Shown here piece by piece: positions 25,213 through 41,446 of a stretch of DNA of 64,000 bases. Source of the stretch: Psammoneis japonica. Taxonomy: Eukaryota. Positions within the stretch are counted from its first letter, which is position 1; each line of letters starts with the position of its first letter. The position numbers were made by a program, and so were the translations under genes. The DNA is taken from positions 310,001 through 374,000 of the forward strand of contig QPGO01000069.1 of assembly GCA_008632985.1 (NCBI GenBank). The letters are read 5' to 3'. The notes below the pieces were generated by a model that saw only the letters and a program-made list of their open reading frames with translations, was not told the DNA's origin and ran no database searches.

Positions 25213-26023
25213 ATGGTGAAATTTGCCGCTGCCGCCGCCGCCCTCCTTGTTGGATCGGCTTCAGCCTTCACAACCTCGCCGGCCGCAAGCCGTGCAACGG
25301 TTGCTTTGAATGCCGAAAAGAGCAAGGCTCTTCCTTTCATGAACCGTCCGCCTCTTGTAAGTCTTTGTTGCAGCAAGACGTGTTGTTTCGCACCTCATTG
25401 CAGGAAATTTTGCGTTCCTGCCTGAACGATTTTTGTACATTTATAGGATGAAACTTAACTTTTTCTCATTTGTTGCTTCTCGATTCTTACTTGGATAGCT
25501 TGATGGTTCCATGGCTGGAGACGTTGGCTTTGATCCTCTTGGTCTTTCGAACATTGACGATGTTGGCATTGATCTCTACTGGCTCCGTGAAGCGGAGATC
25601 AAGCACTGCCGTGTTGCTATGCTTGCAGTCGCTGGTATCCTTCAGGTTGAAATCTTTGGACCTGCTCCAGGATGCGAAGCTGCCACCGCAAAGTGCCAGA
25701 TGGACGCCTTCTGGCAGCTTTGGGGATCACACCCTCAATACGTCGCGTTTGGGCTCATTATGATTATGATTATCGAAGCGATTTCAGGAATTGCAACCAC
25801 CAGTGGCCGGGAATCTGGAGAACGTGCCCCGGGTGACTTTGGTTTGGACCCTCTTGGTTTCGGCAAGGGCGACGCTGCGGCTTTCGAACGTCTGAAGGCC
25901 CAAGAGATTGCCAACGGACGTCTTGCCATGTGGGCTGCTGCCGGCCTTCTTATGCAGGGATGCACTACCCACCAGGGTGGTATTGAGAACTTGATGCAGG
26001 CTCTCTCCGATAACTCATTCTAG
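25213..26023 (+). CDS. Light-harvesting (fucoxanthin-chlorophyll, Lhcr-like) protein; intron ~25357-25498
   Basis: ASA-F presequence; GDVGFDPLG, WLREAEIKHCRVAMLA, PGDFGLDPLG, QEIANGRLAM. Confidence 0.95.
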
Positions 26024-26385
26024 GCACACATTATAGAGTCTAGAACAGACTTGGTTGGGCATGGCTATGGCTAGCTTTTCGTTGGAATGCATCTCTCCTT
26101 GGTTGCGTTGCTTTCATAGTTGCTCGCGGTGAAACGACTACTCCCAAGGGCTATCTTGGTCGGTTTTCGTCTAGTAGTAAAATAAATGATGATAGATGAT
26201 CGATTAGGATGCAGATTTTGAATGGCACTAGACGTACTAGTTTGGTCCCTACTCTACTTGGAGAGCTCAGTATTGGCTTTGTCTTGTTTTTCTAAAACTT
26301 AAGTTACCAGTCTCTAGACTGCGCCGGGAGCATCCCAGACGCAGAAACGGGGAGAACCAGTCGCAAACGTAGGAATTGGTACAGT

Positions 26386-27586
26386 CTATTCAATGACAGG
26401 ATCCCCGCGCTTGTCGCCCTCCCAGTTGTAGAATCCCTTGCCCGTTTTCCTACCAAGATCACCCGCCTCAACTTTCTTCTTGAGGCAGTCTGGTACGACA
26501 AAGGCAGGCTCATCTGGGTACCTAGTGAAGAGAACGACCGCAAGAAGAACAAGGTGAGAAATAATTTCAGTGAAGTCGAGATGGGAATCGGAAGACCAGA
26601 TGGCATGCAAGCAAAACAAATGTCGTTTACGTACTTCTCCATCCACCCTTGCATAATGAAAAGGCACGTGTCAAGTCCCACATAGTCAGCCAGAGTAATG
26701 GGACCCATTGGATGTCCAGCACCGAGCTGCATCGAAATATCAATGTCCTTGACAGAAGCGTCGTTTCGATCCACCATTAGCAATGCCTGCATGAGACTCG
26801 GCACGAGCAAGCGGTTGACAATGAATCCGGGAGTATCGCCACACGACACTGGCGTCTTTCCAATATCCGTCACCCATGAATACGCCTTTTCAAACACCAT
26901 GGGGTCGGTTTCTTCGGTTCGAATGACTTCGACAAGCTTCATGAGCTGGACCGGATTGAAAAAGTGGACGCCAACAAACTTGTCGGTTCGCCCCGAAAAC
27001 TGCGCCATTTCGCTAATAGAGAGTGATGACGTGTTGGAAGCAAAGATGGTTTCAGGCTTGCAGGTCGCTCCCAACTTTTCATATGTTTCTCGCTTGAGAT
27101 CCATTTGTTCAATGACAGCCTCCACGACAAAATCAACGTCGGCGAGATCAGAAATATCCGTCGTATACGTGATGCGCCCAAGAGTATCTTTTGCATAATC
27201 TTCAGTAATCTTTTCTTTTGCCAACAGCTTGTTCACTGAAGCCTCGATTCGCTCGCGACCTCGATCAAGAAACGCTGCTCGGGCTCATAAGCAATAACTT
27301 CAGAGTGCACACCAGAGGCACTGCAGAAGCAAAACCGTTTTTTGAAAGAATGAGCAACCTGGGTCAGTGAACACATGCCAGCAATACCATGTTTTTCAAC
27401 TTACGCTGAAACTTGGCAAATACCATGACCCATTAGACCAAGTCCCACTACTCCAATCTTATCAAAAGAGTGGGGTCCTTCGTGCATGCGTCGCATCTGC
27501 TGCAGACGATGGAAGCCTTCTTGCAAAACTGCAATGCGACCACATGGCATTCTCGAAACTTTACGACATACGGCTAACAATGACAT
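26386..27586 (-). CDS. HADH: 3-hydroxyacyl-CoA dehydrogenase, mitochondrial; introns ~27325-27403 and ~26523-26631
   Basis: VVGLGLMGHGICQV, VVEAVIE, FASNTSSL, GVHFFNPV, PGFIVNRLL, GAGHPMGP, LGRKTGKGFY. Confidence 0.92.
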
Positions 27587-27982
27587 TTTGATCTTCACAA
27601 CAAACAAAAAAGGAACGTTTCTACGGTATGATATCACCACTGGATGGATCCAGGAAGTATAAAAGAGTGACAGTGCGAGGTGCGAGAAGATCGGCTTCCC
27701 ATTTTTGTGATGCCTCGCGTCAAAGATGACGCGTCGCGATGAGAAGCGGGAGCAGGCGATAGATCATTGAGTTATAATCAGCTCTGAAATTCCAAGTATT
27801 AAATTTTTTTGAGTGTTAGTAGTTTTTTGAGTGTTAGTAGTGTGGGTTGCCTACTGTACTGTAGACTACATTCTCTCGCTCTCTAGGTGGAGTTTTGAAT
27901 CTACAGTATGATCTGCAAGGAACATTTCTACAAGAATACACCTTATTCTAAGCAATGTCGCTTCATTCATCTAAACTAAAAA

Positions 27983-28744
27983 TTACTTTTGAACGGTGTC
28001 CTTGAACCATTCGCGGTTCTCAATCTCCGTTTCAATCTCTTCTGCGATATCAGGATAGTTCTCCTTGAGTTCGGTCGCAGAAGTCTCTCGGGTAGTTCGG
28101 GTCGCTTGCATAAACTTGATCTCCTTCTCCGTTTCCAGAATCGTCTCCTGAATAAATTCCTGCCTGCCCTTGGCTTCCTCGATTTGCAAGGCCTTGTCAG
28201 CTTTATCTTCCGCACTCCATTCATAAGTCTCCGGTGGTGGACTAGACGACTTGTACAGATTCTGAAGTGATGTTACCAAGTCTTTATCGCGAATGTCCTT
28301 CTTTGCAGCTTCAAAGTCAATCGGCGTGGGGTCAGCATTGTACTTTTCGGCCATTGCTTCGGCAGACGCGACCCAAGCACGGAACTGATTCACTGCAGCC
28401 GAAAGTTCAGGGGTACCCTTGAAGACTGGTGCTGACCTATAGAATAAAAAGAACGAATTTGAATTAGATAAAGGATGGATAAAATCAAACACTAGGTCGC
28501 TGAAGGGACTCCAACAACAAGTTGATCCACGCGCGAATCTTTCGCGGTATTGCGTGAGCTAAATACTTCGACAGCCGTTAAACGCGGATATGCGTCGTCG
28601 TTCGCATCGACAATGGGGCGCCGTTTCCTTCACGAGAGTGGTCTCCGACAAGTAAAGGCCATTTCGACATTATGCAACTTACCAGTCAACACTGCGTTTG
28701 GCAGCACTGCTCATTGCCCGACGGGCAACTCCAGAAAAGGTCAT
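27983..28744 (-). CDS. Mitochondrial ATP synthase subunit d-like; one intron ~28438-28681
   Basis: Mito presequence ..RRAMSSAAKRSVDW, PIDFEAAKKDIRDKDLV, YPDIAEEIETEIENREWF. Confidence 0.7.
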
Positions 28745-29083
28745 GGTGTGTTGGGTTGTGCCGATGACGGATGGCGAACGGCGAGTGACGACAAGGTGCA
28801 CGACGGACATGGCGAGCGATCCTTGTTTGTGGTTGTGGTAGTTTTTCTACTTGATTCTACTTACACGTTTTCACGTACAATACATACCGAGATGGCTGGA
28901 GGACAGACGAAGCGATCGCGCGTGAACGCGGAATTTCAAACATCTGCTCGGCAGAACTTTTCTCCAAAATGACACAAAAAGTGACACGAAAACGACCGGA
29001 AAGATGAAGATGCTTGGACGCACAGTCGATCGTTTCGGTTCACCATGGCTTTTAGCTTTGATGATTTTATTGTATAAAGATAT

Positions 29084-29794
29084 TTGCGGAGCCTGGTGCT
29101 TTGGTTTGCACGTCTCGTTCGCAAAGCACGCGATCAAAGAAGAATCGGTCCGGTCGTTCAGAAAATGAGTATTTCTGAGCATCATGACTGCAACTTTATG
29201 GCGAACGAGGAAAAGGGCGAAGAGGAGCTAAGCCTTAGAGATTCATCTGACTGGATTACGTCCGAGTTTACGTTGTTGAATCTACCACCAATCCCAACTC
29301 CAGATCTGGACGCAGAGACAGTTGCCACGACGTGTTGTCGAAGCCTACAATGGGTTGATTATCCGACTCCTAACGCAGGTTTGGAAACTTGTTTTGAGTT
29401 TTTTACTTGGGAATGTCGGGAAGTTGTGACAGCACGAAGAGGTGGGGATACAGTGGAGCAATTTTGTAACTACGGTCTACTATCGCCTGCTCTTCAGCCC
29501 TTTATGGGAGCTCATCGTATAACAATTGGAGAAGCTACACTCACGCCTGCAACCAACGTGCGCGGCGCTCTAATGTCCTTTCCAATTGTCGTCCATGGTG
29601 CTCCTGTTCTAGCTTTTCAGCATCCTTCTGGTATGAATAGAACAGGTGTTGCAGAACCTCCAATCACAAACATGGTAATGCGACTGGAGCAACAACGTAG
29701 ACCACCGCTGAGAGGATGCTGGCTAGTGAAGGAACTGCTGGACGTCCGATATGCCTTTGCAGGCGACATGGGTAATGCACACGTTGGTGCATAA
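29084..29794 (+). CDS. Hypothetical protein (start uncertain)
   Basis: 236-aa ORF; PTPDLDAETVA...LQWVDYPTPNAGL...QRRPPLRGCWLV resembles conserved algal hypothetical proteins. Confidence 0.55.
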   Translation: MRSLVLWFARLVRKARDQRRIGPVVQKMSISEHHDCNFMANEEKGEEELSLRDSSDWITSEFTLLNLPPIPTPDLDAETVATTCCRSLQWVDYPTPNAGLETCFEFFTWECREVVTARRGGDTVEQFCNYGLLSPALQPFMGAHRITIGEATLTPATNVRGALMSFPIVVHGAPVLAFQHPSGMNRTGVAEPPITNMVMRLEQQRRPPLRGCWLVKELLDVRYAFAGDMGNAHVGA

Positions 29795-29915
29795 GATTAA
29801 AATGATATGCAAAATCGATCATTGTCTCTATTGTTTTTGTATCCTCGACCACTTGCGGCCTTGGCGCACCCCGGTAGGCAAATCGAGAAACAAACTTTGA
29901 AAAATTGGCAAGACT

Positions 29916-31841
29916 CTATTGCTTTGTATCCTTGACTTTCTTCACAAAGGAAGCCATCCGTATCATGAGATCATCAACTCCGTCCTTCTCCTTAGCGCTC
30001 ATCCACATTAATCTCGTATGTGTCATGTTCTCACGAAGTGCATTCTCCAGCTCCTCGCGCTTCAATTTGGTTCGCAATCCGTCTTCCCAGTCCTCTCCAC
30101 CTCCAGACTCGAACGCATCCACCTTGTTGACGACTACAATTTGCGGCATTTTCGCCAACTGCCCAGTTCCGTAATTCAGAATTTCGCGGTTGAGCATATT
30201 AAAGTCTGCAATCGGGTCGATCGAAGTGGCATCGACCAAGTGAAGAATGACATGACAGCGCTCAACGTGACGCAGAAACGCGTGTCCAAGACCAACGCCT
30301 TGTGCAGCACCGGCAATCAGACCTGGTACATCCTGAAAAAGACGGGGAAAGGGAGCGACACAGCATAGGTGGGCAACTAGGGCGACAGCATAGTCACTAT
30401 GCCAGTATTTCATTTCTTACACACAAGACTAGACCTGCGCTGCCAGCTCCCTCAGTTCGTCGCCGTCCTGTGCCCGAATCTCCGTCACTAAAATCGGTCT
30501 CCGGAGGGATCCACACACCAAGATTTGGAATGACAGTCGTGAACGGATACTGAAACAAGAAACGACAAAGAGGTCAGCATGAAGCACTGTGAGCCAAACT
30601 TATGACAGGACTTTACATATCTGATCTGGGTGGTATCGCTGGTATGTTTACGTACATTTGCAATTTTTGGTTTTGCTCGCGTGACAGCAGCAAGAAAGGT
30701 GCTCTTGCCGGCATTCGGTACACCGACCAGTGCCACATCGGCCACAATCTTGAGTGTAAGTTTCAACGTTTTTCGTTCTCCTCCCTCTGGTGGCATGCGA
30801 GGTCTTCTGACACCTCGACCACTGACTTTTCCAGAAACCCCGAACCTTCACCGCCCTCTCCGCCATAAGCAACTACCAAAGTCCGATCTTCGGTCGTAAG
30901 AGTTCCCAAATCAATGAGACGAACCGTCGTTTCACCGTCAATAGTGTCTGTTTCGTTGATTTCTTCCTGTACCTCCGTACCAGGAGGGACCCTTACAACC
31001 GCGTCTTTACCATAACGCCCGTTCTTAAATTGTCGATCGCCGTCAGCACCGTTTTCCGCACGAAACTCTTGGGACGAATGGTGCTTTGCGCATCTGCAAC
31101 AGTTTTGTAGGATGCCCCACTTCCGCCAAAGGAATTTGGACGCCACGCATAAGTAACCCCAGCCAGTGTGTTGAGCGAATCGTCCACTGCAAAAACAACA
31201 TTACCGCCGCGACCACCGTTTCCACCATCGGGAGGTCCATCTGTCCTCCGACACCCTTTTTAAAAGTGGATGCACCCTGTCCACCGCTCCCCGCTCGAAC
31301 ATACACTGTGGCCTCATCAAAGAATGAGTACTCATTTATACTGGAATCTATTGCATCCGTGTTGATGTCAGTTGCTTCGTCCAAATCGTATCGATACCGA
31401 CTGTCATCGAGTTCGACGTTTGGAGAATAGTATGTAACTTCCTCGTCACGCCAACTTCTGTTGTTCCATCTCCCTGAGAATCCTCTCTGGATCGGTGCAG
31501 TCTGTGTCTTTTCCTTTCAATTTTTTGTAGTTTATTTTTGTGACTGACGGAATTGAACGTGAAGGCGAGGTTGTTCCGCACCATAACGAGAAGATTGACA
31601 TGAACATACACTTTTTTCGGCATCTCGTTCTCATTCTCATACTTTTTTGTTCTTAACTTTTTCGTCTAGCACCAGACTGTCCAGAACAATCGATGCGACG
31701 GCCACGAATATTGACAAAGGAGCTGGTTTCAAAGACGAGGAATACAATGGACGACAAGCTACACAGAAACAGCGGCGGTGGGCGTTGTGTTGCTTCGGCT
31801 ATGTCGAATGAGAGTGCACATGTGTAACGGAGGATGACCAT
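29916..31841 (-). CDS. obg: Obg/CgtA family GTPase (likely organellar); several introns and frameshifts
   Basis: [78 protein letters not shown]. Confidence 0.9.
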
Positions 31842-32094
31842 TGATTGCCGATGGCCGCTGATGGCTGAAACTGAAAACGCAACGCAGTGCAGACACAATT
31901 TTGTTGCTAACCCGGAAATTGAAGTCTCTTTCAAATCGCTGTAGAATTTCCGTACAAGGCTACGACAGTACGTTGAGTTCGTAGAAAGCACGTAAGAAAG
32001 CTCCACGTGCTGACGAAAGTTTATCAGGTTATGAGGCTTTGCTAATCCACGTGTCTGACGTTTTTTTTCCTCACACAAAACGAGAGCCATCACG

Positions 32095-35131
<3,037 letters not shown>

Positions 35132-35538
35132 TCAGTAGTTTACAAATAGTATGCGCACCGTCGAGGTCTATCTTTCTTCGCGATGATACAAAACCATAAA
35201 TGCGTATGGCAAACGGATTAATTCCAGCGGGTCATCATTTTGGGGTTAGCGACATTCAACATGGTCCGTCTTAATTCTTACCGGCATAGACCTACAGTAA
35301 TACACTGTTGCTTTTGCGCGCGTTTTCAAGTTTGGTAGCGGGAACAGCAAAGAAAGCCACGATTAAAAATGTATCCTTTGTACGTGACATGCCGGTATAT
35401 CATCGCAACGCGAAGCCGCCGCGAGCTTTTCGGCATGCTTTGAGTTTGACCAGCCATCGACCTCCCAAGTTTGGAGTTGGCATTGTTGACACACAAAAAA
35501 AAACAGAAGACACAACCGAATTCATCATTGCATCAAAC

Positions 35539-38500
35539 ATGGCAGACGTTGAGCAAGCGCTTGACGCTTCTGGGAATCCTCTGGAGGACGATCAGCACAG
35601 CCCATCGTCAAAGAAAGACGAAGCTGCCGCTGAAAATCTCGCTTCGCTGAGAGAAGTATTTCAATTCGGCCCACCCAAGAAAAAGCCTTTATCGCAGCTG
35701 GTTTCTTTTGCGCTATAGTTTCAGGATGCGTCTTTCCTTTCATGGCCTTCTGGTTCGCAAAGTCGTTCGAGAAACTTGGCGCTTCTGCTTCAGCAGATGA
35801 CTTCTTGGATGGAATTCGCGAGGTCTCATATGTGTTTATGATTCTCGGGTGAGGTAGTATGGTGCATTCTCAGACACATGGATTTGTATAATTCGATCTG
35901 ACTCCTCATACTTGATCCGTTCCTTTTCATTTCTCAGAGTTGTTGCTGGAGTCTTTATGACTGCTCAAGCAACCTTATTGGAGACCGCAGCCGGCTTTAT
36001 GACGGACGATTTCAAGACTCAGTGGTTTGACGCTTTGCTGCGTCAAGATATGGCATATCATGACATTAGAATGTCACTGGAACCGCCACGATGGTGTCCT
36101 CGAACGGGCGGAAATTTAGGAAAGGCTTGGGAGGAAACTGGGAGAAGGCATTCAGTTCACTGTTACAGTCATTGGAGGCTTAGTTTATGCCTTTACCGCA
36201 TCTTGGCAATCAAGCCTAGTTATGTTGGCCTCTGTGCCGTTCATGATCGTGGCTGTCTACTTCGTTTTGAAATTAAACACATCGCAATCGACTCGCGCTC
36301 AAGAGAGCTATGCGGAAGCCGGATCTGTGGTGTATACCACAGTTAGTGCTATTCGGACCATCCTCTCGTTGAATGCTGTGAAACTTACCATCGAGAAGTT
36401 CATGCGTGCTACCCAAAAGGCCTACGAAGGAGCAGCAAGACAAATTCATTTGGTAGGATTGGCGAACGGGGGTATGATGGGATCATTCATGATTGGTTAT
36501 ATCGTGGTGACCCTGTATGGTTCATACTTGCTCTATGATTCCGTCAAAGATTCTGGCTGCGATCCAAGGTGAGTAACGAGTAACGTTCTGTATGAACTCT
36601 GTTATGCCGATTTGTTTTCATCTTCGTTGACACGGTGTACGGGGTCTCTGCTTATTTACAGTGGAACAGTCGATGGGGTAGAGACCTGCAATCCTAGGTG
36701 AGTATTTTGGTTGCCTTCCCCAAACTTGAGGAGTTTCATGCTTTTTAAACATCGAGCTTTCGCGTTCCTTCCTTTATGTATGCAGTGGTACCGACGTTTT
36801 TGGCTCGTTGATGGGGATCACTTTTGCTGCCTCCGTTCTACCGCAAGTGGCTGTAGCCGTCGAGGCCCTGATGGGCACTAGAGCTGCCTGCTATCCGGCG
36901 CTTGAGGCCATTTATCGCAAAGTTGACACAGCTGAGAAAGCAGAAGGGGACAAGGATTCCGACAAAGATGCATCGGACCTTCCCAAATACGTGATTGATT
37001 CTTCTTCTGACGAAGGCGTAAAACTTTCAAATATCAAGGGAGACATTCAATTTCGAAACGTATCATTCGCTTATCCGACTAGGCGGCAAATAGACATCTT
37101 CAAAGGGCTTTCACTTGATATCAAGACTGGCACAACAGTTGCATTGGTCGGACCAAGGTGCGTGCGTGGACGTTCACAATCGTTTTGACTTATATTCTTT
37201 TGTCCGCTTTAGCCTAACTCACCTTCATGATCAATGCAGTGGGAGTGGGAAGTCTACTACCGTCCAGTTGATTGAGCGTTTCTACGATCCCATCGATGGC
37301 TCAATCACCGTTGATGGTGTTGATCTCAGAGAGATAAACGTGAAGTCTCTTCGTGCTCAGATTGGTTTGGTTAGTCAGGTGAGCTACTTTGAAGAGGGAG
37401 TGCATGCGACAGTGTCACGGACGCACAGATGACTCGTTCTTACGAATCTTTATTGTTCAAAGGAACCTACTCTCTTTGCCCGCAGTATTCGCGAGAACAT
37501 TGCCTACGGCCGCCCAGGTGCCACGCAAGAGGAAATTGAAGCGGCTGCCCAAATGGCTAATGCCCACGACTTTATCACGTCTTTTCCTGAGGGCTACGAT
37601 ACTGAAGGTATGACCACTCACCTTGATCGCTTCTCCTCTTGACAGCAGACTTGCATTTCACTTTTTCTCATCTTGTCGATCATTTATGCATTGTTTTGCT
37701 CTCGATTAGTCGGGGATAAGGGCACCCAACTCTCTGGAGGGCAGAAACAACGAGTGGCGATTGCTCGTGTTCTTATTTCTAACCCAAGCATTCTTTTACT
37801 GGACGAAGCAACTTCAGGTAGGTCCCAGAAGTCGGTTTTTATTGTTGTGCTAACGGGTGCTTCGCTCACAGTTATCGCACCGTCGGTCTCACAGCTCTTG
37901 ATAGCGAGTCAGAGGTCATCGTACAGGATGCGCTAGACCATTTACTCCAGGCCAGAAAAATGACAACGGTGGTCATCGCGCATCGGTAAGCATAACATCT
38001 TCCGCTTGGTCACCTAATCTTAATTCCTTCACTTTTCACAGATTAATTTTTGTTGCTTTCTTCGCCATTTCTTGAAAAGACTTTCTACAATTCGTAACGC
38101 AGATATGATTGCCGTCGTCGATGATGGCAGGGTAGTCGAAACTGGAACTCACGACGAGCTCATGCAAGCTGAAGGTACTTACTACCAGCTTGTCAAAGCC
38201 CAAAGTGGACAATCACTCGACGCTGAATCTGATCCGCCCTCGAGAAAGGGAAGTGTCGTAGACCTTCAATCCATGAATGCAGATTCTGAGAAGGCAGCGT
38301 TACTGGAATTTAAAGATGTCGACTTTCGTTATCCGTCCCGTCCGGACGTTCCAGTCTTTCGAAAGCTCAATCTATCTGTCAGGGAAGGGGAAACCGTCGC
38401 CATTGTTGGTCCTAGTGGTGGAGGAAAGAGTACCGTAGTTTCCTTGGTTGAGCGATTCTATGACCCAGATTCGGGCAGTATTGCGCTCGATGGGGTTGAA

Positions 38501-40614
38501 CTGAAAGACATCAATGTGACTTGTCTGCGTGAGAAACTTGGCTTGGTCGGTCAAGAGCCGACTTTATTCAACACGACCATCGCAGAAAACATCAAATACG
38601 GATCTACAAGTGCGACTCAAGAAGAAATCGAGAATGCAGCTCGGCAAGCGAATGCGCACGATTTCATTATGTCGTTTCCGAAGGGATACGATACGCTTGT
38701 TGGCGAACGTGGAACGCAGGTATCTGGTGGTCAAAAGCAGCGAATTGCGATCGCCAGGGCAATTATGAAGAAGCCCCGAATCTTGCTCTTGGACGAAGCT
38801 ACGTCTGCTCTCGACAGCGAATCTGAACGAGTTGTTCAAGAGGCCCTTGACAAAATCATGGCATTTGAATCTCAGACAACGATTGTGATCGCGCATCGCT
38901 TGTCAACCATTCGTAACGCTGACAGAATTGCAGTGATATTAAATGGAAAGGTGCGAGAAATTGGAACTCATGATGAATTAATGGCGAAACCTGACGGACA
39001 TTACCGAAAGCTGCAGGCCTATCAAGATCTCGAGCGTAACAACAAGTTCGCCACAGAATCGTCCGCCAGACGCACAAAATCGCAACAAGACTCCGCAGCG
39101 GTTTCTGGGAACAGGGATGTGGTGGAGACGAGCGAAGAGGGAGACGAGGAGGTTGACAAGGAAAAGCAAAAGCGGAATGCCCGTCGAGCTCGACTTCTCG
39201 CAAGAGATGACGTGAATTATTTCTTGATTGGCGGAGTCGGAGCAATACTAGCAGGTATGCTGAACAATCCTGGAACTCTAGAGCTTACTTTAAAACTCGA
39301 TGCGAATCGTGACTGATCTTTTTCACTTTCTCTATTCGACAGGTTTGGTTTTTCCTGCGTGGGGTGTGAGTATGAGCTCTTCTTCGTATGAACGTGGGAA
39401 TATGAATGTCCTCACCTTGTTCGCTTTTTCGTCTTTCTTCTGTCGGCTTCTTTGCAGATCATTTTTGCCTACATGATTGAACTTCTGTACACACCAGTTG
39501 AAGATTGTGAAGACGGCGTCATCCCGCCACCGCCGCCCTACGATGAATTGTCATGTCAACAGTATCACGATGTGGTGTCTGACGACATGCGAGACCTCTC
39601 CTTCAATATCGCCCTAGGCTGCGCAGGAATTATTGGTTCGGCACTCGTTGGCTACATGTTGCTATACTTCGGATTCGGCACTGCATCGGAGAAGATGAAC
39701 AAGAGGGTGAGGGATTCCGCATTCACCTCTTTGGTCAGGCAGGAAGTCGCCTATTTTGACCTACGGAGTGTCGGCGAGATAACGTCGCAACTACAAGAAG
39801 ATACAGCTATGATTCATGCTTTCAGTGGCCAGCCCATAAGGACCTTAATTATGAATCTGTCGAGTCTCTTGGTCGGCCTGGTCCTTTCATTCGTTTTCAT
39901 GTGGTAAGTGTGCAAAGGACACGCGGTTACTTGAGCGTGCTGCAGACGCAATGCTTAATATTTTTTTGTGCTGATTCACCTTCCTATCATAGGCCCTTCG
40001 CTCTACTGACGTTGGCGATCCTTCCGTTCATGGCGATTGGGGCCGAGGCAGAAATGCAAATGTATCTTGGTAAGTCTCATCTGCACCTTTCCTTGAATAT
40101 TGCACCCTTTGGCCGTTCGTCTCTGACACTTTGTTCTTGATACCTCGGTGCAGGCGAAAATGAAGATGGGGACGTCAAGGAAGACGAAAACAGCCCTGGT
40201 GGGATCATCATAGAGTCTTTGCTCAACATGCGGACCGTTGCAGCGCTCAAGATCGAACAACAACGTTCCGCCGAATTCTCTGAAGCTCTGCGAAAAGAAG
40301 ACCCAACTCCCATCAAATCCAATATGTGGAAAGGGTGTTTCACTGGCCTTGGACAATTCCTACAGATGTGGGGAATAGCTCTGATGTTCTGGTGGGGTGG
40401 CTGGCTGCTTTACAAGTACCCGAATGAATTTTCCTACAGAGATTTTCTAATCTCAATGTTTGCTCTCTTGTTTTCAATATCCGGACTGGCCATGGCAGCG
40501 CAAGGCGCCACTGACAAGGAGAAGGCAAGCGAAGCTGCGGACCGAATCTTCGATTTGATTGATCGGGAAAGTGCAATCGACCCCCTTAGCGAGGATGGAA
40601 AGAAAGTCTGTTAG
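35539..40614 (+). CDS. ABCB/MDR-type ABC transporter, multi-intron, domain order TMD-NBD-NBD-TMD
   Basis: [16 protein letters not shown]1 ALVGP/SGSGKST...[18 protein letters not shown]2 GPSGGGKST...[21 protein letters not shown]2 [10 protein letters not shown]...; stop after [13 protein letters not shown]. Confidence 0.9.
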
Positions 40615-41446
40615 ACTCTGTAGTGAAGTCCGCAGAACTTCCACTTGAGTCGCCGCAAATAATAATTGTTCTTTCACGAAGAGAGCTTGTTTTCTGGTTT
40701 GTATTGCCCCTTTGCGTAACGCTCTAGAAAATCGGTCACATGCCAACGATTGCACATGCCATAGAACGGAGCAAGCTGTACAACTGAAACCACGAAGAAT
40801 CCTACCATCTCCAGCTAGAAGCTACTCCATCCAGTCGAGCCTACCTCAAGAAAAGGAGGACGAAGATGGTTTTCCCTTCGACAGCTCTACGTATGCAACT
40901 GGATCTTCCAACTCCCATCTAGTAGAGCTAGAGTAGCTCCTACTCTCTAGAGTAGTCACCTTCCCACAGAGAAACATGTACGCGCGACCATGGCGCTACT
41001 AGAGTAGGCCCTCTATCTAATAGCTCTACTAGAGAGTAGGGCCCTACTCTATACTACTACTACTCTCTACTCTAGGTCTAGAGAGAGTCTCTCTCTAGAG
41101 CTAGCTCTACTCTAGTAGCCTAGAGAGAGAGCACTGGTAGTACCGGTAGGAGAGTAGTGCGGAGAGAACACTAACTGTACGTCGCGCGATTAGGTAGATC
41201 TATGCCATTCTTCGGAGACTAGTAGAGAGGGCCCTACGATTCCGATATCAATGTGGCATCCACAGACTCTGAATAGAGAGAAAAGGAATTGCGCTCTATT
41301 GAATGAAATTTCAGAACATGATGTGTGAAACAGAAGATTCACAAGATTCATCAGAAGCCAAAGGATAGGCGGCGCCGCCACAAAAGCAATCACAAAAAAA
41401 GATACAGAACAACTGCTGTCACTTGACTTGACCGAACCTCCGAACC

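Noticed and set aside
27805..27842. Short tandem duplication ttttttgagtgttagtag x2 (also gagacaa x3 at ~61086)
   Set aside because: Ordinary slippage-type microduplications with no evidence of function
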